Shown here piece after piece: positions 41,239 to 53,400 of a DNA stretch of 64,000 nucleotides. Position 1 is the stretch's first letter. Each line of letters begins with the position of its first letter. Position numbers and translations under genes: made by a program. This DNA is from a virus, in the IMG/VR virus record IMGVR_UViG_3300029585_000027, positions 253 through 64,252 of that record. One strand, given 5' to 3'. Under the pieces are notes generated by a model. The model did not search any database, was not told the DNA's origin, and was given only the letters and a program-made list of their open reading frames with translations.

Positions 41239-42239
41239 TGGGAAAGAACGACGTAGAAGTATCACTCCAGCAGGAGATGCAGCAACTAGGTGAATCGCTA
41301 AAGCGCGTCACTGCTGCTGCGCTATCAGGCACTCCGGGTGCTGCTGCATCAATCAAGGGCAAGAAGAAAGCCGCACAGTTTACCTTCAAGATTAGGACTT
41401 CAAACGAGAAGCGCAGTCTTGAGAGTCAGGCACGTCGTAGCTTTCTTAACAACGTCTTTTCCAAGAGGGCTCCAGAGGTGGAGGCTGTCATCAAGAAAGC
41501 TCTTGTCGCTGTTATAGCTGGCTTGGTCGGCGCGGGCAATTCTAACGTCAGGGTCTTTAATCGATCTCTTGGTTCAGCAAAGGCACAAAAGGACCTTGAA
41601 AGAGAACCATTTGCCAAGTTCGTTATGAGTAAGGCAGGTGCTGGTGAAATTGGTTTACCAGACCCAATGGAATCTATCAGAAATCTCAAAGCTGCACTTC
41701 TTCAGGCTATTACTGTAGATGTCGTAGTGCGAAAAGATGGTCCGCAAGTCAAGTTCACATTTGATCAACGTAAGCTATTGAAGCTTACTCCACATCCAAG
41801 CAAATTTGAGAACGGAACAAAGGGACCGTTCTTTTCATGGCTTAGTCTTGTTACTGGTCCAGACTTTGTCACCAGTGGCACGCCCGGCTTTTCTATGGTT
41901 CGTGTGAGTGACATTAGGGCATCTCAGCGAAAAGCATCTCCGACCTCTAAGTCGGCAAAGAAGATCAATCTTCGCAGGGCAAATATTGCAGAGAACCTTG
42001 TTAGAGCATCTAGAACTAGAGGCAATGCAGGAGAATTTGCAGCAATCATGCTTAGTAATCGATCAAAGCGAGGTGGTCAATCACCCGCTGAAAGATTCGG
42101 TGGAAGCAAAAGTAGCTACGCACCCAGTAGTAAATACAAGGGGTTCTGGGATGAATGGTGGATGCGCACCAAGATGGACCTAGGCGTTTGGTCACGAAGG
42201 ATTATGAGCGCGACAGCAAGAGCGCTACTGAGAGGATGA
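41238..42239 (+). CDS. putative neck/tail-completion protein (basic)
   Basis: 333 aa; synteny. Confidence 0.45.
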   Translation: MGKNDVEVSLQQEMQQLGESLKRVTAAALSGTPGAAASIKGKKKAAQFTFKIRTSNEKRSLESQARRSFLNNVFSKRAPEVEAVIKKALVAVIAGLVGAGNSNVRVFNRSLGSAKAQKDLEREPFAKFVMSKAGAGEIGLPDPMESIRNLKAALLQAITVDVVVRKDGPQVKFTFDQRKLLKLTPHPSKFENGTKGPFFSWLSLVTGPDFVTSGTPGFSMVRVSDIRASQRKASPTSKSAKKINLRRANIAENLVRASRTRGNAGEFAAIMLSNRSKRGGQSPAERFGGSKSSYAPSSKYKGFWDEWWMRTKMDLGVWSRRIMSATARALLRG

Positions 42240-42240
42240 T

Positions 42241-43299
42241 ATGTTTCACAAGCTAAGATACCAACTCAAGCATAGCTGGAGAGAATTTCTCGACGCGGAG
42301 CTTCTCCGAGATGGCAACTATGATGTCATTACAAGTGGACAGCAGTTCTATGATGGAACTGACTTAAGCACGCTAGTTCCAGATACCTCTGAAGAGGTGT
42401 TGGCGGAAGGGGGTTACGCCCCTGGACAAGTATGGCAGTCGCTATTCACCAATTGGGTATATCAAAATCCGCCAGCACTCAACCCGTCTGTAGTTTTGAG
42501 ACATTGGCCAACTGCATTCCGAGCTAGCGGTGTATATATCGATGGAGCGTTTAGACTAGAGGATGACCCAGTCTACCCTCATGCAATTGACTACATCAAT
42601 GGTCGTATCATTTTCGATACACCACTACCACTAGATACTCAGGTCCACGCTGACTATACATACAAAACGGTCAAGATTCTCAACCTACGAGAATTCAACA
42701 ACCAACTTCGACAAGGCGTATTGGAACAACAGTATAAGTCCAATCCATTCACCGCTGGCCAGCTTGTATATCCATCTGGATCCACCAAGATTACACCACT
42801 GCCAATCATCTTTGTAGAAGACATGGGTAGGACATATAGCAACTACCAACTAGGTGATAGGTCGCTTGTTGCTCGTGACGAATTGGTATGTGAAATCTGG
42901 TCTTTGGATGAAAGCACTAGAGATAATCTGATTGACCTCATTGCCTATCAGCAACGTAAAAGCTTTCCGATTATCAACTACAACATTTCACCGTTTCCGC
43001 TGTCTGGCATTAAGAACCAACTAAGTCCGGATTATGTTCCATACATTAGTCTGGCATTAAATCAACCGCTACCAGGACCAGCATTTTCTGGACTGAATCC
43101 AGTTGCATTTAGAGGCTTTATTGAAGAAACCGAAGTCGCAGATTTAGACTCATTCTTTAGTGATTCTACGACACAGCAGGATGTTTTCGAGAGGGCTTTG
43201 GTTCGAATGATAGTCGAAACTTATCCAATTATGCCTACAACACCCTTTGGTTTCGATATATCTCTAGAGGGTATGGACGGTAGAAACTACGAGAGCTGA
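42241..43299 (+). CDS. putative tail terminator/completion protein
   Basis: 352 aa immediately upstream of the tail tube; YSNYQLGD...EIWS...RDNLIDLI. Confidence 0.5.
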   Translation: MFHKLRYQLKHSWREFLDAELLRDGNYDVITSGQQFYDGTDLSTLVPDTSEEVLAEGGYAPGQVWQSLFTNWVYQNPPALNPSVVLRHWPTAFRASGVYIDGAFRLEDDPVYPHAIDYINGRIIFDTPLPLDTQVHADYTYKTVKILNLREFNNQLRQGVLEQQYKSNPFTAGQLVYPSGSTKITPLPIIFVEDMGRTYSNYQLGDRSLVARDELVCEIWSLDESTRDNLIDLIAYQQRKSFPIINYNISPFPLSGIKNQLSPDYVPYISLALNQPLPGPAFSGLNPVAFRGFIEETEVADLDSFFSDSTTQQDVFERALVRMIVETYPIMPTTPFGFDISLEGMDGRNYES

Positions 43300-43301
43300 A
43301 T

Positions 43302-43326
43302 AACCCCTTAGAGAATAAGGGGATTT
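43302..43326 (+). terminator. probable terminator
   Basis: CCCCTTA-GAGAA-TAAGGGG followed by ATTT. Confidence 0.55.
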
Positions 43327-43333
43327 AGTGTAT
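43325..43333 (+). promoter_or_regulatory. putative late promoter motif TTAGTGTAT
   Basis: Intergenic, upstream of the tail tube gene. Confidence 0.65.
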
Positions 43334-43396
43334 TATCTGAATGAGCAAACTGCTCACAGATGCATCTGATTAGACACGCAATTAGGAGGTTATCAT

Positions 43397-44779
43397 ATGA
43401 CTAATCGCAGAACTTTTTACGCCCTAGAACAAGTGGCGATCAAGGATAACGCTGCGGCTCCAACAAACAGCGTGGCACCACTTAACGCGCGCGAATACGC
43501 CTCTGGTCTCTTCTCTGCCGCTTCGGTAGATGAGGTCGGTGGTCTCTGGGAAGTCCCTCGCGGTATGCAGTCGGCGGCTATGTCCACCAACTTCAACCGT
43601 GAGACGGTGTTCCAGCTAGGTCAAGTCGAGCTTTACGAATACTCTGAGCGCCAGCCAGACGTAGAGGTCACCCTAGAAAAGGTAATCGACGGCACAAAGC
43701 CACTGTGGTTCATGCTGACAGATCCGGCATTTACGGACCTTGTTGGAAAAACTGCGTTTTACCGCAGTGACATCATTCTCAACATTTACTCGGATACCCA
43801 GTTCCGCGCAAACTCCGCAGCACCGCTGTCGGCAGTTCTAGCTTCTGGTATGTATTTGTCCACGGTTGTCTACACCTTCCCAGTTGATGGTGCGGTAACC
43901 GAGTCGATCACCCTGGTGGGTAACGACAAGAAGTGGGCGAACTTCGATGCAAGTGTTCCGGGTGAGACCGTTTCTACTTATCCACCGGCTCTTACTCCGC
44001 CAACGAATGCAACACCTGTAGGTGTTCCTTCTGGTGTGTTCGGTCACGAACCACTTGGTGGCGTTCAGGAGCTTGCAGGCGGCGCAGGAGGCTTCGGCGT
44101 TCTCGTTGTAGGTTCCGGCGTTCAGCGTCGTGAAGAAGTTGACATCCGTCGTTCGGTTCTACCGTCTGACATCCCGGGTGTGACTGTCGCTCTTGGTTCT
44201 GGTGTAAGCACCACGCAACTAGAGCAAAAGGGTTACATTAGTGCTGGAGCGTCCGGTGCTGTTGACTCTGCTGGTAACGCACTGACTCAGCTAGTAGCTG
44301 ATGCCAACACGAGTGGTATCATTGAACACCTTCAGTCCGTAACAGTGACCGCAGATATTGGTCGTGACGATATCTTTGAGCTTGGCTCGAAGCGTCCATT
44401 CACCAAGTATGTAACCTTCCCAGTGGAAGTTACGACTGCGATTGAAGTTGTCACCTCGCAAGGTGACCTAGTTGACGCAACGTCCGAAGTAGACTGTGGT
44501 CCAGATCAGACCGCGAACAACACTATCATCATTCGCACATGCGACGGTTTGCAGGTAGACGCTGGAGATTCCAACGTTCTAACGAATATCGATGTTGGTG
44601 GTGGTGAAGCTGGTGGTGACAACATGACTGTCACTTACAACTTCAGCTCGTTCAACGCTCTGACGGTCAGCCATGACAGGTTCCAACCGAACCACCGTGT
44701 GCTGGTATTCGACCGTGGTGGTAGGTTCAACGTGGGTGCTGCCCCGTTCCCGAACCTATTCGATGACAGCGGATCCTAG
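43397..44779 (+). CDS. Major tail (tube) protein with internal duplication
   Basis: 460 aa, AGGAGG RBS, own terminator, upstream of chaperones and TMP. Confidence 0.7.
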   Translation: MTNRRTFYALEQVAIKDNAAAPTNSVAPLNAREYASGLFSAASVDEVGGLWEVPRGMQSAAMSTNFNRETVFQLGQVELYEYSERQPDVEVTLEKVIDGTKPLWFMLTDPAFTDLVGKTAFYRSDIILNIYSDTQFRANSAAPLSAVLASGMYLSTVVYTFPVDGAVTESITLVGNDKKWANFDASVPGETVSTYPPALTPPTNATPVGVPSGVFGHEPLGGVQELAGGAGGFGVLVVGSGVQRREEVDIRRSVLPSDIPGVTVALGSGVSTTQLEQKGYISAGASGAVDSAGNALTQLVADANTSGIIEHLQSVTVTADIGRDDIFELGSKRPFTKYVTFPVEVTTAIEVVTSQGDLVDATSEVDCGPDQTANNTIIIRTCDGLQVDAGDSNVLTNIDVGGGEAGGDNMTVTYNFSSFNALTVSHDRFQPNHRVLVFDRGGRFNVGAAPFPNLFDDSGS

Positions 44780-44800
44780 TCCAGCTAGGTAAGTAGACAA

Positions 44801-44833
44801 AGGCCCGCCCCTCTGGGGTGGGTCTTTCCCCTT
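44801..44833 (+). terminator. intrinsic terminator
   Basis: GGCCCGCCCC-TCT-GGGGTGGGTC-TTT. Confidence 0.75.
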
Positions 44834-44861
44834 TGGGGAGGATTGGTTTCAGGATTTGGGT

Positions 44862-46178
44862 ATGGAGAAAGAACAGGATGTAACAGAACTACTAGATGCA
44901 ATCATCTGGGGGCGTAGAATCGTCGAGGTTCTGAATAGCAATAATGAGATGGTGACCTATGTCATTCGTCCGCTTACTCTAGAGGAGAAGAATCTAGGGA
45001 ACTACATCTACAAGAAATCCATGGAAGATGCTCTACATGAGAGTTTGTTGACGCGTTCCGCATTGAGATCTCAGGCCATCAAGCAGGAGCTATGGAAACC
45101 TAATTACGAAGATGACATGAAGTCTCTACGTGAGGAGTTGGCCAAACAGCTTGATGCGCGGGACAAGGAAGAGAAGGCTCACATGTTGGATAGCAAGGGG
45201 AAGCCAAGACGTAAGACTCCCACCGCTAAACTCAAAAAGCTAAACGAGAGAATTATGGGTATCTCCTCAATCCTACGTAAGCTAGATGTCGATCAGACTC
45301 AGCATATTGAACTTCCCAGTGCGGAGTATAGGGCAGAGTGTGAACGTGGAAACTATTTCTTGCGGTGTGCTACCTTGACCTTTCCAGATATGCAGCCACG
45401 CTGGACTTCAATGGAAGAACTGAAGAACGAAACAGATACCAAGCTTGTTGCTAGTTTGATGCGTGCATACTATAATGAGTCAATCACTGATGAATCAGGG
45501 ATTAGAAGAGTGGCGAGGTCTGGATTCTGGCGTTGTAAATGGGTTGGCTCTAAGAAGAATCGTGGCGTCAAAACGTTATTCGATCGTGAGATGTATGACC
45601 TGACACTTGACCAGTTTAGGTTGGTTTATTGGTCGCAGGTATATGACTCTGCATATGAATCAATGGACTGCCCATCAGATGCTGTAATAGATGATGACAA
45701 GTTGTTTGATCGTTGGCTTGAAGATCAACATAGTAAGCGTGAACAAGAGCGAAAGAAGACTGCATTCGACAAAAAGGTAAGTGCCTTAAACAAGCAGGCT
45801 GACGCAAATGAAGTTAGCTTTAGCGTTCTTGGTGAATACTCAGAAGAGTGTTCTTGCGGCATTAAGGAGCAGGCTGAGAAGCTTGGATACGACAAGCGTG
45901 GTCATATCCATTCACCAGAATGCTCCTATGGTGTATTCCTCTACTATGATGAGGAAAAGAAGACACAAAAGGTTGAAGAGATTCAATCAGCAAACCCAGA
46001 GCGGGTGCGCAAGCTACTAGCCAGCGAGCAGAAATATCTAGCTGAGTCTGGTAAGGATGGTGTAGAAGACCAACATCTCAGAGGTGACAAGGCAAGAACT
46101 ACACTTGGAATGGGGACCAGTTACCATGGTCCTGGAGATTTGAGTAAGGGCAAACAAGGCCGGGCTAAGCCTAGCTAG
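44862..46178 (+). CDS. putative tail assembly chaperone (long form)
   Basis: Between tube and TMP; YVIRPLT start; helical. Confidence 0.5.
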   Translation: MEKEQDVTELLDAIIWGRRIVEVLNSNNEMVTYVIRPLTLEEKNLGNYIYKKSMEDALHESLLTRSALRSQAIKQELWKPNYEDDMKSLREELAKQLDARDKEEKAHMLDSKGKPRRKTPTAKLKKLNERIMGISSILRKLDVDQTQHIELPSAEYRAECERGNYFLRCATLTFPDMQPRWTSMEELKNETDTKLVASLMRAYYNESITDESGIRRVARSGFWRCKWVGSKKNRGVKTLFDREMYDLTLDQFRLVYWSQVYDSAYESMDCPSDAVIDDDKLFDRWLEDQHSKREQERKKTAFDKKVSALNKQADANEVSFSVLGEYSEECSCGIKEQAEKLGYDKRGHIHSPECSYGVFLYYDEEKKTQKVEEIQSANPERVRKLLASEQKYLAESGKDGVEDQHLRGDKARTTLGMGTSYHGPGDLSKGKQGRAKPS

Positions 46179-46187
46179 GAGATCAAC

Positions 46188-46718
46188 ATGGAGTTTCAGC
46201 AGGTCGTTAAGAGACGATTGAAGGGTATGGCAGTAAGAGTTCTCTCTACTATTGAACACACAATCAGGGCTGACCTGGATGCTGTGGGTGATGATGAGAA
46301 ATTCGTGCTCACTGGCGCAGACCTCAGTATTATCAGAAATGAGATACTTAACGCTGCCGGTGACACAACTAGATCATTGTCACAACTCGGGGGAGAGGCT
46401 AGTCCATCACACAGCCTATCGCTTAGTCGCGAGATGATTTCAGCCATCAATAAGGCAGTTGTAAGTATGGATGGCGAAGACCCGGTGTTCACTATATCCG
46501 GAGATTTTAACCTCCTTCACAAAATTCGTAATGCTGTAGGAGCCGGAATAGTGTATGATAAGTCATATACCTGCGCTGGCGTTGACGACATTGTAGATTC
46601 GCTGATGCCATTTTTGGACTCGGCACAAATCGCTGGCATTAAGATTTCGGGTGGTGGTTATCGAGAATGGCGCGATGCTGTTTGCGAAATGTATCTGGAG
46701 GGACTAGGCGATGAGTAA
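46188..46718 (+). CDS. hypothetical protein
   Basis: 176 aa, AGGAG RBS. Confidence 0.65.
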   Translation: MEFQQVVKRRLKGMAVRVLSTIEHTIRADLDAVGDDEKFVLTGADLSIIRNEILNAAGDTTRSLSQLGGEASPSHSLSLSREMISAINKAVVSMDGEDPVFTISGDFNLLHKIRNAVGAGIVYDKSYTCAGVDDIVDSLMPFLDSAQIAGIKISGGGYREWRDAVCEMYLEGLGDE

Positions 46719-47412
46719 TGGAGTGGAATTTACATCAGTAGTAGACGGCAAGGAAGTCAAGCTAAAGCTATTGGTCGAGAATGTGGATATTGAGCGTCGT
46801 TGCGACACCGAGTATCACATTGCATACACCCAACTAATGCAGAAGGGTATCCTTCCAAAAGCAACCCTAGAAAAGCAGATGTCAGACCTAGGTATCTGGA
46901 CCAAGTCAGACGAAGACCAAATGACCTCTCTTCAGCGTCAGTTAGTTGATCTTCAGGTGAAGCTAGAGAAATCCAACACTCATGAGGAGGGTCTGGCGCT
47001 AGCTCAAGATATGGGGGTCCTCAGAGCCGATTGTCTCAAGCTGATTGAAGCAAAGTCTGCCGTGCTCTCCAACTCATGTGAAACACTAGCGGATGCTATT
47101 CGTCGCGACGCATACATCGCATATGCAACCGTGTATGCGGAAACGAACAAGAAGGTGTTCAAGGATTACCATGACTTCATGCTCCGTGCTGAAGAACAAG
47201 TAGTTCTAGATGCACGTAGTGAATTGCTCAAGATCACGAGCGAAACCTTTCAGGAGTCCCTTGTTAGCCTACCAGAAATTGGTTACGTCAGGGAAGTTGA
47301 AAGACAAATTAAGGCTGATGCCGCAAAGGTAGAGAAGAAGCCAACCACACGCAAGAAGACCACAACTAAGAAGAGGACAGCGAAGAAGACAACACGAAAG
47401 ACTGCCAGCTAA
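46711..47412 (+). CDS. putative tail assembly chaperone (short paralog)
   Basis: Similar to the N-terminal half of 44862-46178; directly before TMP. Confidence 0.5.
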   Translation: MSNGVEFTSVVDGKEVKLKLLVENVDIERRCDTEYHIAYTQLMQKGILPKATLEKQMSDLGIWTKSDEDQMTSLQRQLVDLQVKLEKSNTHEEGLALAQDMGVLRADCLKLIEAKSAVLSNSCETLADAIRRDAYIAYATVYAETNKKVFKDYHDFMLRAEEQVVLDARSELLKITSETFQESLVSLPEIGYVREVERQIKADAAKVEKKPTTRKKTTTKKRTAKKTTRKTAS

Positions 47413-47435
47413 TACTTACTTAAGGAAGGTAGCAA

Positions 47436-50400
47436 TTGTCAGACAAATTTGATATCGAGGCCAAGCTGAAGATTACCGGCGTGGAGGTCAAAGGAGACCT
47501 TGACGCTGGAACTCTAAAGTTTAAGGTAGATACATCGGCACTAAAGAAGCTAGTGTCTGATGCTGGCGAAGCTGCGAAAAAAGTTAAGGCTAAGTTTGAC
47601 AAGCTGAAGCTGAATAAGATCAAGCTAGAGGTCAACAAGACAAGCTTGCGCACTATGGAAAGTCAAATCCGTAATGCTGTTCAAAATGCTGTCAAGAAGA
47701 CCAAGCTAGAGCTTCAGGCTAATGTTGCTGGTGGGACCAAGACTGATCCATTCAAGGCTCAGCGTCAAGCTGCTGGCAAGTCTGCACAATCCCTTCAAAC
47801 TCTACACGAGTTGACCAAGCAGGTAAATCAGGGGTTACGTTCTCTTGTCAGGACTATGGGATCGATGTCTCAAGGACCAGCATCCTCGGCGGCTAAGGGC
47901 AACCTGCCATTTCCACCGGGTGCTCGCACTGTAAGTGCTGGATCGCTTGGTGGCGGTGGTGGTGGCACTCCACGCCCACCGGGTGGATCATCCCCAGGTG
48001 GCGCTGGTCGTGGCGGTGGCGGCGTTGGTGACCTATCGCGTGGGATGCAGAACCTCGCTAAGAATACACAGAATGCAAATGAAAAGCTAGAGACCCTAGA
48101 AGACCTAACATTCCAGGTTGGTAGAAAAGCAGCGGCTTTCCGTGGTGTTGCTATTGCCATTAATGGTATTGTAACCGCAGCACAAAATGCAGCAAAGTTC
48201 ATCATCGACTTCAACGATTCATTGATCGAAGTCAACAAGATTTTGCAGCTCAGTGATGCCTCTCTTAATATTCTAGGTGACGATCTATTCTCCCTATCGG
48301 CTAAGACAGGTGTAGCCTCTGATCAGACTATTGGCATTGCAGAAGCTTTTGCTCGTGCTGGTTTGGCGGGACGAGGCTATGGATCTGTAGTTGACCTAAC
48401 AGACAGAGCGTTGGTCGGCTTGCAGGGAACCACACTAGACGCTGGCCAAGCTACCGAACTGTTCATTCAGATCATCCAGCAGGTTGAGGGTGGCGTGCGT
48501 GGATTGAACAAAGAGCTGGTTACGACCACCAAGCTTTTCGATGTCTTGGGTAAGGCTGAAGACATTACTGCATCAAAGGCAACTGACGTCCAGCAGGCGT
48601 TTAAGCGCTCGGCAGCGTCGATCTTTGCAACTGGTGCGACTATCGAGCAAGCCACGGCAATTATCTCAGTTCTTCAAGAAAGAACACAGCGTGGTGGCGA
48701 CGTCATCGGCACGGCGTTGAAGACGCTAGCATCACGTATCTCAAGTTCTACTTCCGATGCCACCAAGGCTCTTAATGAGATTGGTGTCGAAACCATTGAC
48801 GCCCAGGGTAATCTACGAAACCTATTTGACGTCCTGCAAGACACTGCTGTAGCATTCAATAGCCTAACCGAGTCTGAGCGCGCAGACGTTGCGGTTAAGG
48901 CTGCTGGTATTCGTCAGGTTGAAGTTTTCCGTGCAGCCCTACTAGACTTTGGTCGAACTCAAGAAGTAACCAATGAACTCGTTAATGCTAGTGGTGACGC
49001 TGCACGTAAGCAAGGTGCAGAGCAGAAGAAGCTAGCAAACACAATTTCTCGATTGCAACTAGGACTACAACAATTAGTTAAGACGGCATCCGAGGGGATT
49101 ATTGGTGAAGCGTTTGTTGGTGCTATTGACCTTGCTGAGAAACTAGTTACGGGTATAGCCAAGCTTGACAAGATGTTGGGTGGCGCAGTATCTAGTTTTG
49201 GTGGATTGCTTGCGATCGGCGTTGGCTTTAAGGTCATCGTCCCAATGCTTGTTGGAATTACCCGAGCGGTTGGATTCTTTATTGGCATGCAAAAGGAATC
49301 TGCTGTTGCGATGCAAGGCATTAATAGTGCCGGTATGCAAACCGCTAGCACCATCAACGGTCAATTGAACTCTTCGATGCAAAGAACTGCAACACTGACG
49401 GCGCAAGCCAATGGTCAGATGCAGCAGCTTTCTGCCTCTACTCTTTTCGCGGCAAGTCAAGCCGAGCGACTAGCAAAGGCTAATGCGGCTTCTGCCCTGG
49501 CTTCCCCAGCGGGACAGGCTGGTATTGCCAATCTAGCCCGTGGAAACATCGGCAATGGTGGTGTTGATATCATCCAAACAGGTGGTAAGGGTAAGGGTTC
49601 AGCTAAGGGAATCAACAAGCTTGGAAAGGCTGCGCAGGGAACAGGACTCAAAGTCATTGGTCTAGGTGCTGTAGCATCTATTGCGGGAGGTGCATTGCAA
49701 TCCTTTGCAGATGACCTCAAGAAGGAAACTGGCGGTGGCTTCTTAAGTAATGCTGCCGATATTGGTGGTGGTGCCCTTGGTGGTGCTGGCACTGGTGCTC
49801 TTATTGGTTCAATCATTCCAGGTATCGGAACAGCTATCGGAGCATCTGTTGGTGCTATTGTTGGTGCGTTCAAACCCCTAGTATCAGCATTCCATAGCGC
49901 GGGCTCCACAATCGATGAGCTAAGATCTCGTTATCTACAGCTTGGCATCATTCAGGCAGAAAATGGCGAAGTCACCAGTGCGGTTGCCGCCAAGCTAGAC
50001 AAGGCGTTGCGTAACCTAGAGGGATTCCAAAACTTTGAATTGGGCCTTGAAGAAGGTAGACTTAAGGATCTGTTTGACCCAGAGGGGGCATCAAAGAGAG
50101 AGCAAGAGGTTGATAAGGCGCGCGTCTCCGCCCAGAAGGGGCTTGAGGCAGGCTTTGACAGAAATGCTAGCGCGACAGAGCGGAATGCCAAAGTGTTCGC
50201 TGCCATCAGCAAGGCTCTACAGGCGAGATCCGGTCAGTCCAGTATTGATCTAGCTGCTCCTGAACTTCTAGACAAGAGTGCTCCAGTGCTACAGAGCATT
50301 GGTGAGAATACCCTTAGAGAGATTGAAACAGAGGCTTTGAAGATTGCTGAAACCTTTGGGGTATCCTCTGAGGCTATTAGCTCAGTCTTTGATGAAGAGA

Positions 50401-53400
50401 TTGGTAAGATCCGAAATAAGCCAGTTACTCGTGAAACTGTTGCTGCGGCAGAGCGTGAAGTTGCGGATAAAACCAAGGCATTCGTCGATAGTCTAGATGT
50501 CCTGTTGCCAGCAGGACAACAAATTACACGCGCAGCTAAGGAACAAGCTGGTAAGTTCAAGGATGCTGTTAAGTCTATTGCTCTTGGTCGTGGAGGCGAA
50601 GAAGCCGAGAAGATTGTTAGGGAGACCCTAGCTAAGGCACTAACCGGACAAACTATCCTTTCTGGAGCTGGTGGAGAGTCGCTACTGGGCTCTGCTGGAC
50701 GAAATGAGCTACAAACACAGGTAGACGTGGCGCAGGGATTAGCGGCTCAGAGACGCAATGCGGGCGTCCCAGGCTTTGGATCTGCGCTACCTGATATCCT
50801 CAAGAAGCTAGGTCCACTACTTGACCAGGGTGTGGAAGCTGAGACAATTAGAAGACAACAAGAAAGACTAGAGCTTGGGCGCAACAGAGTGTCGAGTGCG
50901 TTCGATTCTACCCGTAGTGAATTCCCTGTTGAAAGTTTTGGAAGATTCTTGGACACACCGATTAATGAACTCGGTGTAATCCTTCGTGACTTTATTTCCG
51001 ACTTTGGTCGAGAGATTGAGAAGATGGGTGAGGTTCAACTACGAGCAATCACCCCGCAACAACAACTAGCTGATGCTCTGGCTAAGAATGCTGCATCGTC
51101 AGCACAGGACCTACGTCGAAGAGCTGACCTAGAAAAGGCTGATGCCCTTGCTAGCTCTAAGCAGAAATTCCAGACTATTGCCGGTCGCGGCGAACGTCAA
51201 TTTGCAGGGATTGCTGGTGAGGAGAATAACCTAACGACAGTTGGGGACGCACTACAAAGTCTATTCCAAGCTCTTCTAGATGCAAATCGTAAGATCTCAG
51301 ATCAGGGAATTACCAACCCCGACGAGCAACGTCGTGTATTGGCATCAGCCCGCGAGGGTGTAGACCTCACCAATATTGATGACAAGCAGATTAAGGCTGT
51401 GACTGATAATGTCCTACAGCTATCGAAGACATTTGTCAAGCTCGACACGGAAGCCCTCCAGGCTATTGTTAAGAGTAACGCTGCTGCTGTAGCTGCACTA
51501 AAGAATCGACTTAGTGAAGAGGCTCGTCTGATTGCGCTTAGCGAAAGACAACGCCAAGCCACTGCGCTTAATGCTCGTGCCGTAGCCGAAGAGCTTACTG
51601 GTATTCGTCGTCTTGTGGCAGAAAGACAGATTGAGGCAGACCTAGCCGAGGGTTCTGTTACTGCACAAAAGGGACGTCTATCTAGCATTGATGAGGAAAT
51701 TGCAAAGCTTAATGCTGTCGAACAAACCGAACGCAATCGCGCGGGTGTGCTCGATCAGCTAGAGGTGCTAGAACGCGCTCGTGCAGATGAGTCAATCAAG
51801 CTAGAGGAGATGCTAGCTAAGCAACGAATCACCTCCATCAGAAATACACTTCAGGTAGCAAACGAGGCAGTGAATGCTGCCAAGGCAACCGCAGACCAAG
51901 AACGAAAGAGGATTTCTACATTAGCTGAAATCGGTGGATTACTAGCAGTTGATCAAACCCAAATGGGTAAGTTCAATGCTGAATTAGATAGCCTAAGCTC
52001 ACAGTTCAAAACATCACAAGCAGCGCTGGCGTCTGAAGCGGCAGCAGTTAATGCGACAATCACAGATCAAGCAGAGCGTGAAGAACGACTAGCTGACATC
52101 AAGAGGCGTGGCTCGGCATTGGCTTTAGATCAAGCCAAGGCTGAAGCTCAAGTCATTCAGAAGAGGAGAGAGGCTGTTAAGCAGGTTGCAGAAGAGATTC
52201 TTGGCAACCAGCAAGAACAGGTCGATGCTCAACGGGCAGTTATGGAAGCGACTCGTGGCGTAGCAGCAGCATTTGAGGGATATCTTCAAGCTGTTGATGG
52301 CGCAGTCATGGCTACCACACGTTACAACCTAGGGTTGTCCCTAGCGAGTGTTGAAACGACAAAGATTACTGGTGGTTTTTCTGGCATGCGGGAAGAGATT
52401 GGCGCAGTCCAAGATGCATTCCGTGGTGCCGAGAGCCTAGCACGTCAACTTGGTGCAAGCGAAAAGACGCTAGTAGAAATCAGACGCGACTCTATCAATC
52501 AGCAGCTTTCGCTATTCCAAAATCTACTACAGGAGCAATCTCAACTAGCACGCAACTTCTTTACTAGCTCTGCTCAAGATCAGTCAGATCTATTCCTTGG
52601 CATCAATGAGGCTGGCAGTATTGCTGACCTTCTTGGCGGTAGCTTTGATAACTTCAAGAAGCTTGGAGAGGGTGCAATCAATGATTTAGGTGCTCAGCTT
52701 CTAGCTCTACCACAAGAAACACGTCAGAGAGTCATCTCGTCTCTTGAGAGTCTAAAGGCTGTAGGTGGAGAAGTCGGTGGGTTTACAGCAGACGAATTAC
52801 TAACCGCAATCGAAACGGCATCACTTGGTGTTTCTGGAGAGGGTCTACAGGTTGATCCACTGTTCGAGGTGCAAGAGCGTATTGCATCTCTTCAAGAAGA
52901 ACAGGCACGTCTTGCTACAGAGCAACTACTAGCATCACAAGAACAACTCATCAGTTCGAAGGAGCAACTAGAACAAGCAGAAGCTGCGAAGGATCTTGCA
53001 GAGATTCAGCTTGAGCGAATCAAGGAAGAGGGTTCAATGCTTCGTGGCAAGATGGGTGAACTACAAGGTCAACTAAACACCACACTACTACAACAGGAGC
53101 AGACCCAGCGCCAGGGATTTAATGCAGTTACAAGTGCTGTTGACAGGGCCACCAATGCAATTGTCAACCAGCTACCAAATGCATTTAGTGTTAAGGTTGC
53201 TGAATCTTTCCGTGAGGTTATGTCTGCTGGCGGCATCAGTGCTGCGGCAGAATTTGAACCATCTGCCGCTAACGCAACTCCAAAAAGCAGAGGTCGTGAA
53301 GTAGCTGAAGCTCAACGCGCCGCTGGTAGAAACCGAGCAGTAGCTCATCAGCAATTCGCTCAATCTGGAGCATCAACCGTCAACCAAGCTGTTGCGGTTA

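Noticed and set aside
38268-47412. Contractile tail sheath gene
   Set aside because: No ORF with recognisable sheath motifs or the sheath-tube order; a sheath outside the window cannot be excluded.
44862-47436. Programmed -1 frameshift in tail chaperones
   Set aside because: No convincing XXXYYYZ slippery site with an overlapping downstream ORF was seen; two separate paralogs explain the region.
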